DNA of 64,000 bases. It comes from Moniliella sp. 'wahieum'. Its lineage: Eukaryota. The stretch lies in assembly GCA_003971905.1 (NCBI GenBank), contig RSEE01000019.1, forward strand, positions 124,001 to 188,000, written 5' to 3'. The notes under the pieces were generated by a model. The model did not search any database. It was given only the letters and a program-made list of their open reading frames with translations, and was not told the origin of the DNA. The translations under genes and the position numbers were made by a program. Position 1 is the stretch's first letter, and every line of letters begins with the position of its first letter. Positions 54,580-64,000 of this stretch are shown in pieces.

Positions 54580-57434
54580 CAGCATCACCTTTCGTCCACC
54601 TTTCACTCTCTCCCTGTCATCCGCCATTGCTGGAGTCGGCCTCACTCTGAAAAAGCATACGCCAGATGAAGGTGCCGCGTCCCTGGACCTATCCCCGAAA
54701 GACTTGGCCAGCATTGCCCAAGCGCCACCATCCCAGCGCCCACGTCTCATCCGCCAGCTCACCCAGCCAACCATAACTTCTTCCTCGTCCCATTCCAAGC
54801 TGCGTGCGTCTTGCACTCCCCCTCCCCCCTCCTCTCTCCCTCTCATACTCCTTACTCCACCGCTGTTGAGGCAATCGCATGCGCATATGCACGTTACTTA
54901 CCTCCCGTACTCTCCACGCAGATATACAATTCTAGTTGTAGCCCTCTTTTGGTCATCACCTTTCTCGTTCGCTTGATCACCTTTGTCGCGCGGCCTTGGC
55001 GCCTGCGCCAACGTCGACCCCCATTAGCGCAAATGCATTGTCACGGTGGTACCTCAACCAGCTGCTGGAGGCACCCCTGTTCAAAACGCGCCGTGCGACC
55101 CCACTGGAACTGATTCATCGTACCGTTGTGGTCCGTGTGCCTGGCCGACTCCATGCACTTGCGCTCTTGGCTCTCATCGTGACCAATTTGGTTGCTCTTT
55201 TTGCCTTTGCGAACCCTGTGGTGGATGCGCCATCAGAACTGTGAGTGGCCAACAAATATCCCCAGACTGTGGTAGGATACATTGTGGTGCCTGTGGATGG
55301 AAAAAATCTGACCAATTCTGGGAACTCTTTTCGGTCCTATGTCCTTCTGTACCCCTGTATCGGTGTGTGGGGGGGGGGAGCAGAGGATCGTCCAGGCAGC
55401 AATATGGGAGAATGTTGCAGTTGCGCTCGGTGGCGCTGTTAATGGCACAGCTGCCACTGGTATTTGCCCTGGCGGGACGCAACTCGCCCATCGCGTTGAT
55501 CACAGGCGTAAGTTTCAACACCTCGATGCTGTACCACCGTTGGTTTGCTCGTCTTATCGTTTTCCACGCGATCGTTCATGGCTCCTCCACGACCTGGCTC
55601 AAGCTCCAGACTGGACGGGCTAGTCTGCAAGAACTGTATGCGTACCCATTTGCCCGTTGGGGAATTACCCCGCCTCTGCCTCTTTTGTCTCATTTGCTTC
55701 ATGGCTTATATTCCGATACGGAGGTATTCGTATGAGGTGCGTCAACTCATTCTCCACATTCGCTCCCCCCCCCCCCCCCCCTTTTGTCAACAGAGATGCC
55801 CACTAAAAGGGAGAAAACGAAACAAAAGTGAGGAAACACATATATATTGTGGTCTAACTCTCTTCTGTCCTATTCATGTGCAGTTTTTTCTCGTGTTCCA
55901 TATTGTCATGGTTGTCCTCACCCTCGTCGCTCTCTGGAAACACATGGACCTGCAAGGTGTCTCGCGCTACTCGGACTTTTTCTACTACCTTTACACGGCG
56001 GTGGCGCTATGGTCGGTGGAGCGGGTGTGGCGCACGGCACGAGTGGTGGGGATGAACCTGGGACGGAACGAGTGGTATGCATGGCAGGACGAGAGCGAAC
56101 GAACCAAGAAGCAATGGTACGAAGGGTGGACTTCGCAGGCTGTCTGTCGCACCCTGCCCGACGGTGCAGTGCACGTCGGATCTACCTGGCTGGCTGGTTG
56201 GCGCGCCATTCGCCTTTGCTCACCGTCAAGGCGGGGCAACACGTGTACCTCAACCTGCCCCTTGTTCAACTGGGCAGCATGCACCCTTTCTCTGTCATCG
56301 CCAGTGGACACCAGTCGGTCCCCGACAGCCTGCCCATCTCGTCCCCCGACCCAACTCTTTCCCCAGTACCTCAACGAACCGCCCAACCGTACCTTGACCT
56401 GGCCATCATGCCTCAATCTGGGTTCACGCGGCGGCTCACAACCGAGGTCCGTGGCCGTCACCCCGGCGCGTTTGCCACGCCGGCGTTTGTGGAAGGTCCG
56501 TACGGGAGGCCCGTTGATGCCTCTGGGCACCGCACGCTTGTTCTGCTCGCTGGAGGATAGGGATCACGCATTGTCTCGCAGTCCTGGTCCACACTCTTAC
56601 TGGGGTGTGTACTGCCCCACCGTGGAGGAACGCAAAAAAATTGTATTGGTGTGGAGCGTGCGGGATCCGCGGTCATTTGCCCTTCTTCTCCCTACCTCGT
56701 CCTCCTTGGACAGCATCGCGGACCACGGAAAGTTGTCCGGCCCTGCCCGACTTACGATCAAAGTGTTCCTCACCAGCCCTGGTCCCCCTCCACGTCCAGC
56801 ATTCACCACGATCGCAAGAGCATGTCAAATGACGAGATTGGCGTGGCTACTGGACGTACCGAGTACCTCCTGGACCAAGTGCGCGACGCAAAGAAAGAAG
56901 GAGATTCAGGGCCAAGAAGGCGTTGAAGTGGTGGTCGATCTCGGCTCACGGGGAAGAGACGTACGCCGGCACGGTGACGCCAAAGACAAGAATCTGTCGG
57001 TACAACCGCCAGGCACGCCCGTTCCACCTCCCTCGTGCACGCACCTTCTGCGTCCGACGCTACACTTTCTTCCGTCCTTTCCCATCGGCTTGGATGGTCG
57101 GATGCACGCTCTGCAGCTCCAACTGAAGACAAAAAGGACGAGGCAACCAAAATGGGGATCCCACCTGCTTTACTCGAGGTGTTGATAGAAGAGTCCCATG
57201 TGTCGAAAAACGACTTGGCACTGCTGGAGGCGCATTCTGCCTTGTTTTTTGAGCTGGGAAAAGGCCTGATTTTGTGCAAGAGATGGCGACGGCCATCCCT
57301 GCTGGTGAAAGGAACGTCTTGGTTACCGCTGTGGTGCACCGGCCTTTTCAGATTCTGTCCGTAACGCCGTTCGGCAAGTACGCTCAATAAGCCATTGTAC
57401 CATTGATTTTCACGAAGAGTGTTTCTCATGGTAA
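54580..57434 (+). CDS. ferric/cupric reductase (FRE family); intron about 55737-55883; start uncertain
   Basis: LAGRNSP..ITG.SF..SMLYHRWFAR...HAIVH and FH...LWKH heme histidines; GQHVYL, HPFS (FAD), VEGPYG, LLAGG.GIT, LVWSVR (NADPH); ends DFHEECFSW*. Confidence 0.88.
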
Positions 57435-58229
57435 ATCACTGCTCTCGAGTCCATCTGCCCTACCCCGTTCCAGCAGAAACTCAGTTATCCTCATCAGAGG
57501 CATCTCACCTAGCATATGCCCCCCTTCCTCTTCCCTCATCCTGCCTCTTTCTCTATCGCCTGCCCTGGTGGCAGACTCGATTTTTTGCTCCCTTTTCGCC
57601 GTATATGTATCCCTCACATCCGAACAAGGTGCCGGCACTTCTGTATTCAATTTCCCTCAAACACTTACGTGGTGGAACGCTCCGTTGCACTGTTCTCATC
57701 GTCTCAATGCTGCGTCTCGCTCGCAGGGTGTTATGTCTCGATTCTACTGTGGCATTCTTTTGCTATACATGTTCTATGCTATACCCCCTCTCGGTGGCCT
57801 GGAGAACTGGGCCCTCTCTCTGTCTATAGGGTGCTTGACCGGCCTGACCGCGGCAACATCAGTATGGTCGGGGACGGGAACGAAGGAGGTCAACCCCTGA
57901 AGCACACATATACTATCGTAGCGAGATTCTGTTGTGGCCTCTTTGCATGTTATAAGGAAAATCAGAGTGTACTATATACTTACGGCATACTATACACCCC
58001 CAACCCACCGTTGTACCACCCATCAACCACAATAAGAAAGACAAGAGAAGATTGTAATACGCTATTAGTATAAATATACTCCAAGCAAAACGACCGCATC
58101 TCGAGAAAGATCCATCTGCTTGCTCGGCCCTTGCAAAGAAGGACAAGACGCCTTGTCTGTGCTACCGGGAACCGAACCGAGACCCACACGCATCAAGGGG
58201 ATGATCGAGGATGAAGGACAAACGATTCG

Positions 58230-60600
58230 TTACCAAGTACAAATACATAGATATGCGCACCACCCACATACTGTCACACCCCCACCAACACCATCGCCGC
58301 CGAGACAATGGAGGTGGCCCAAATCCATTGTGCGGTAGCCGTTGGTGGGAGGAAGACTGCTGCCAAAGCACCTCCATCCCTCGGGATAAAGTTCCACCGA
58401 CCCCGTCCCCCTCGCCACACCAAGAACAATCGGGAAACTCATCCCTTCTTCGCGCGCAGTGATACGAAAGGCGACCCGCTCAGGCGCTTGTCCTGCCAAC
58501 CGACGATCGGGCTGGTCAAACGGACTAAAGCTCACCTCGACCGCTTTGCCGTCCCCCTTAGGAGAAGGGAGGGTCAGACGGAACGGCGCGTCGGGTACGG
58601 GGGAAGCGCCGACGCTCACGTCGACGCCCACACCCGAACTTGAACCAGCTCCGATGGGAAGGTCACGAGACCCATCGCGAGACAAGGAAGCTCTGGTGGC
58701 TGCCCCGCCCGATGCCCGCCCGATGCCGACGAGGCCGATGCCGCACCGTGCTCCGACCCAAACAAGAGAGAGGAACTGCTCTCGGACCCAAGCCAGGGGA
58801 ACGACGGCGACGCGCCGGCCGTGGAGCTGGGGAGGAACTACCGGTACCTTCGACGGGCGACGGCGAGGCAGGCAGCTCGGTTGCCTCGGGGCGAGCGTAA
58901 TGCGATCGGAGCTCGTGCGCGCTTCGCGTGGTGGAGGCAGGTGCAGGGCACGTGCGGTGGAAGCAGTGAGAGAGTGGGTCAGCCCCCGACCTGGCCAGGG
59001 TGCTTGTGCTTCAGGCCAAGTGAGAGCGCCGCGCATGGCAGGGGTGCGCGGAACCGAGTCAAGGCCGCCGGATGCGGCGAGGCCAGCGGGTTTAGGAGAT
59101 CGCTGTTGGGTCGGACCATGGGAGACAGAGGTGGTAGAAAGCGAATTGGGACCGAGGGGCGGTCGACGGAGACTGAAGCGCGACTTGAGTTTTTCCCTTC
59201 GTGGTTTGGGGTCTTCTTGCACAGGAGACGAGGTGGTAGTGTAGCAGGGGAGCTAGGGAAGAACCATGCGACCGATGGACTTTCCGAGGTGGAGGAAGTG
59301 GAGGACCGTTGGTTCCGTGCATCAGCCGTGTTGGAAGCACTGACAGTGGGGGTAAGTGTACGGGAAGAAAGGGAGGCACTGACAGTGGTCAACAAACGTA
59401 GTGCCCGTTTGCTGCCCATATGTGTAGCCGTTCCTCCTCCTGGAGCGGGTGGGGGGGTGCACTAGCAGGCGCACCAGCGTTGGTCAGGAGACGATTTGAC
59501 GGCCTTGTTGTGCTCCGAGCTGGTGTAGGGTGGCCATGTGAGGCGAAGAAAAGGGATGAGCAGGCCGTGCCCAGGGGGTGTGGACGAGGACGACGTGTTC
59601 GACAGCCAAATGGGTAAGGCTTGCGAGGGGGAAACAGAGTGTCCAGGCCGAGGAGCCAGCGGTATGGGCTACCGCCCAGGCTGGCAGGCCCGACCCCAGG
59701 TACAAGGGGCCGACGTGCCATTCCGACGGATTGAGGGGTAAACTCAGGCGTACCAGAGCGTCGGTATGAGCCGTGAGGACAGGGAGAAGGGACGTGTCTG
59801 CCTCTTGTACGGGGGTGTCCGTCGGGCAGAGGGAGAGGCGCAGACTACCCTGCTCTGAATCCCACGGACAGGCACATTCCTCATCCTTGCTCTCGGACAG
59901 TGGCGGGGGGGGGTCGCAGGCAACGGTGGCAGGAGGGACGGAAGGGTCGTGGGTGACCTGGCGCAAGGTAGCGTCGAGCATGTTCGCGTCGAGCATTGCA
60001 ATGTCGCGGTCGGGAACGAGGCAGAGGCTGGCAAAGCCACCGAGGAGGGGAGGCGAGTCGCTGTGGGGGTGAGTGATGGGCAGGGACGGGCAGGGCAGCA
60101 GGATCGGAGGTGAGCAGCAAAACTGTCCTCTTCGTCCGTACCGTCAGGAGGCGGGGCTGCGGGGAAGAGGCGGGGTTGGGCAGAAGGGTCCCATGCGCCG
60201 GCGACGGCCTGGGCACGCGGAGCGGTTTGGGTGAGGGGGCAGCGAGGGTGGCAAGGACGCGGGAACGGGCGTGGGAGGAGAGGAGGCCGATGGTGATGGA
60301 GGAGCGGTGGCGCAGCCGCGGATATGGCTTGGGGCCCAGGCCCTGGGGGGTGGGGGTGGGGGGCTCGAGGGGCGGCGCGGCGGCGCTGCCTGCGGGCGGG
60401 GAGGGCATGAGGAGGTGGGGGATGGGGGGGGGATGGGAGGGAGCGAGGAGAGACAGAGGCGGCGGTGGGCGGGCTGGGCTTGCTGGGACAGACTGGGACG
60501 CCCGTCAGCACCAGGCAGAGGCAGGCAAGAAATATGAATCGGGGCGAAAAGACGTCGGGTGGGGAAGAAGAGGTCAGGAGCGATCAGCGGTCGCTGCGAT
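58230..60600 (-). CDS. hypothetical Pro/Ser-rich protein; boundaries uncertain
   Basis: Chain of long minus-strand ORFs with indels; no family motif recognised. Confidence 0.35.
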
Positions 60601-62347
60601 GACGGCTGCGTCCAGCTGGGCCTGTGGGCTGGTGCGGGGGAGGCGAGGGGCACTACGCCGCAGGGTGCATGCAGTACTTACTCCTCCAATAGAGCGCAGC
60701 AGGTGCACCCGTTGGGCGTCTGCCAGTCTGCCGCTGTAGGGAGGGCATGGCGTGCGGCATGCTGGCGCATCAACGACTAAGCTCTAAGCGCTGCGCTGCC
60801 AGCTGCTGAAGCCTATCGATGGTTAGCACGTTCAGCGTACGTTTAGCGCGCTGAGCACTTCCAGCGTCGCGCAGCGCCCTGCCCAGCAGCAGGGGGGCAC
60901 GGCTAGCGGGATGCGATCGATGCGTGGGCATGGGACCGGTGACGCGTGACGTAGCCAGCGACTTGACTGTGGTGACTAGATGATCGATGACTACCGATAC
61001 TGAGTACTGACTACTGACCGGTGATAGAGGACAAGTAATGCATGATGCACGCAACAAGCACATGTGTGTGTTTCTTATTTTCGGAGCTCTCCGATCTCCG
61101 CCACCGCTTGACCCAGAGGCTGATGCGCTGAAGCTTCAAGCTGACCCTCCCCCCAAGACCAGGGCGTGAGGTCCTGAGGCCTGAGGCTGAAGGCCTAAGG
61201 TTCACCGGGCAGGGCACTGTCCATGCCAGCACGGGTGGCCGATGATCGATGATCGATGATCGATGACCGTCACAGGTTGAGTAGAATGTGGCTTGCTGGG
61301 ACGCAGAGCAGGCGGCACGCGCTGGCACAGCGCCAGAGGGAGCCTCAGACCCTCGCTTGGCCGTGCAGGGTGCAGGCGGTGTGTGACATGCCATGGAGGG
61401 TGTGTGATCGATGTGATCAGGAGCATGCCTCCGGGGTGTCTGTGGCGGACAGGCGCCGTGGCGTTGCGGTGGCAGTGTCTGCTTGTCTCTACCTGTCTCT
61501 GGCGTATCTGCCCGCCCTCCGCCCTCCGGCGCTGCCTGCCCCCGCAGTGCCCCGGCGTGCCCAGCCTGCCTAGTCCCTGTCCTCTGGATCGTGGGTTGCG
61601 CACTTTAGACGTATTACGTACCAGGTGCGTTATTCCCGCACTGCAGGTTTTGTCACGTGACTGGAGTGCGCCGCAGTGCTGGCCAGTGGCCGCCAGCTCA
61701 GATATGGTCCTGTTGGCCCCACTCGACCCCTGCGCCCTATACAACAGTGGGTGACGCCATCGCGCCCACTCTTGCCTGCAAGCACTACCTCCTCCTACTC
61801 CTCCGCCCCTGGCGGCCAATAACGTTTAACGTACTCTTCATTCCCAGACCTCCCCTCCCTTTCCGTTGCTCGTGCCTGCCCCATCCCACCCATCCCATCC
61901 CAACACAATAACCATTCCCTCATCAGGCCTCGGCCGCGTGGTGCCCCCGGTAAAAACATACCCTACTAACAACCTCTCTTTTCTCTTCTTCTTCCGCGCA
62001 GTTTTGCTTTGCTTTTTTCATTCGCCTAACCTTCTTCACCTTATTCACCCCGCCTACTCAGTATATCATGTCGCCATGATGCATGACGACAGCTGTTGCA
62101 AATGGTTAGGCTGACGTAAATGGTCCGTGCTTCCTCCAGGCCGTCGAGCCTCACGCCGGCCTCACGCCGGTCTCACGCTCACGCCTCACGCGCCATCGTC
62201 GACCCCAAATCGCAATCTGCAGTCCCTAGTCACTATCACTAGTCCATCACTAGCCACCTTACTCAGTACACAGACACTGCCCCAACACACCCCTGATGAC
62301 CGATGACCACCCCAGTAGAATTCTTCTACCAAATTGGACGCGGGCCC

Positions 62348-63255
62348 TCACGAGCTTGTTCGTGGCTTGCGGAAAACGACAGTCGACGTCGCCGAGCCCG
62401 ACTTTCCTCCCTGCCAATGGAAAACACCAAGGTAGTCAGCACCTACTTTCCCAATCCAGGTCCACACCCTTAGCCCGACATGCCCAAGCATCACGTACAC
62501 AACGAAACGTTGGTGCTGGCACGACTGTCCCACGCACTCCAAGCCCGCCGGGGAGGAGGTGAAGCGAGCGCGGAGCTCGGGGGCGGTAAAGTTGCAAAGC
62601 ATCAATACCAGCAGTCCCTCGTCGGCCAACAGGGTGGGTACCAGCTGCTCGTACCGCTGCACGGGCGTTTGGCCGTCGGCATTGGCCTGGGACTAGAGCG
62701 CGATGGCATCGTGGTGCCCTTGTCCAGACCAGGTCCCCATCCTTCGTCTGGCTTGGCAGGATTGGCTTGGCCCCGCAGCGCCGTGATTGACGCCGTATCA
62801 AGCACGTCGGCGGTGGCAACCGGACTTGCTGCTCGGCCACGCCTCGCTTTTTCCGCCACGGCACGGGCGAGGGTGACCTGTCCTGGCAATAGTCCACCCA
62901 ACATCCGGGTTGGCGATGGGGCGTGCTCGGTCTCGGCCTGGACCAGGCCAAAGAGAACATTGCCGTTGCCCGTACCTAGGTCCAGAATGCTGAGCTGGTC
63001 AGGGGCACGGGCAAAGGATGAACCTTGGTATCCCCCCGTCGTCGTGTCATCCCTCCTCGTCCTCGTCCTCGTCCTCGTCGATATTGGCAGCGCGCTCAAC
63101 AACCTACCCCAGCCGGTCGACCGCCTCGTCGCCAAACCACACTTCGCCTCGTCACCATGATCAAAGAAGTTGGCCGTTTCGCGCGCATAGACGCTGTCCC
63201 AGTGGGCCTTGGTGCCGAGACGCGATTCGGGGAGTGGGCTGCCGGGCCGCGACAT
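62348..63255 (-). CDS. EFM4: EF1A lysine methyltransferase Efm4/See1 (METTL10-like)
   Basis: SRLGTKAHWDSVYARE..NF.DHGDE.EVWFG, ILDLGTGNG motif I, LDKGT, LCNFT..EL. Confidence 0.88.
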
Positions 63256-64000
63256 TAGAGGGCGAGAGACGGACGCACAAGAAAAAAAGAAAAATGCGGC
63301 ACATGATACGCCAAAAATGAAATGCCGACTCGCCATGCCTTCAGCGACGGAATGTGCTGGATCTGATGTGCGGCTTACGTCAGCTATTCCTGCTTCCTTG
63401 CTCCAACAGTTCGGGCGCGCTTTGGAGGAAGTACTGAAAAGATGCTATCAGGTAGGGCCCTGTACACAAGAAGAAAAGAAGGCGGAAAACCCGCTCCCTT
63501 TCTGCCCTCCCTCAAACTCCCCCTCCCTACCTGCACCACGAATACCAACCAGCATCAACACCATCGCCAAATCCACCCTCACGGTCAGAGGTCACCTCCA
63601 CGGTTCACAAACTATATAATGGGCCCTTACTATATTGATGCTCATGCTGCCACGGTGTCATCTCCATCATCTACCGTTCCTCTTTCCTTTCCGCCCTAAG
63701 CCCGACCCCAGGTCACAACAACAACCCCTCTGGCTCTTGACACTCTATGAGATTAATATATCGATTAATAGGACACAGACTTTATTGAGTTTGACATTTG
63801 ATGGCTTCTTTTTCCTGGCCATCTCACACGCGAAAATGCGCAACGCCAAGTCTTCTAATATGCATTTTTGCGAAGAAGAGGCTACTGTACTCCTTGCTAT
63901 AACACACCCCCAGAGGATGACGGTGAAAGATCCAGAGAGATTTCCGATAGAGTCTGGCAAAAGGAGGAGATGATAAATCTATTTCAAACGGAGGGCAGGA

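Noticed and set aside
57450..58200. Short hydrophobic ORFs downstream of the ferric reductase
   Set aside because: The FRE stop lies at 57434 and the downstream frames lack family motifs; probably UTR or intergenic

Overview
This is GC-rich, intron-poor eukaryotic DNA from a fungus. The gene set, the GTAC/GTAAGT...CTAAC/CTGAC...YAG introns and the domain architectures point to a basidiomycete, probably smut-like (Ustilaginomycotina; inference). Almost every conserved gene is broken by 1-bp indels, which fits an unpolished long-read assembly rather than mass pseudogenisation, so gene ends are approximate. Recognisable genes are UPRT/FUR1 (3' end), a bacterial-type arginase, a metacaspase, MCM5, a secreted alpha/beta-hydrolase-like protein, TAF2 fused to three bromodomains, PPG1, AIP1, ARB1/ABCF2, FRG1-like, GLR1, DID4/VPS2, SPE2, POP3-like, ERV29, BUD6, an LRR-RhoGEF, a ferric reductase and EFM4. 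There are three intron-containing tRNA genes: two Arg(CCG) and one Pro(CGG). The most unusual signal is non-coding. Many intergenic spacers carry short 7-bp-period arrays of the form TGA-N4-TGA-N4 (or TCA/TAA/TTA), where N4 is a variable 4-bp palindrome (AGCT, GTAC, CCGG, TCGA, CTAG, CGCG, CATG, TGCA, GGCC). These are tandem A-N4-T palindromic hexamers with a 1-nt spacer, and one array often mixes different cores. Other leads are a likely horizontally acquired arginase and a tiny Met-Ala-Val-Pro-stop uORF ahead of the SAM decarboxylase.
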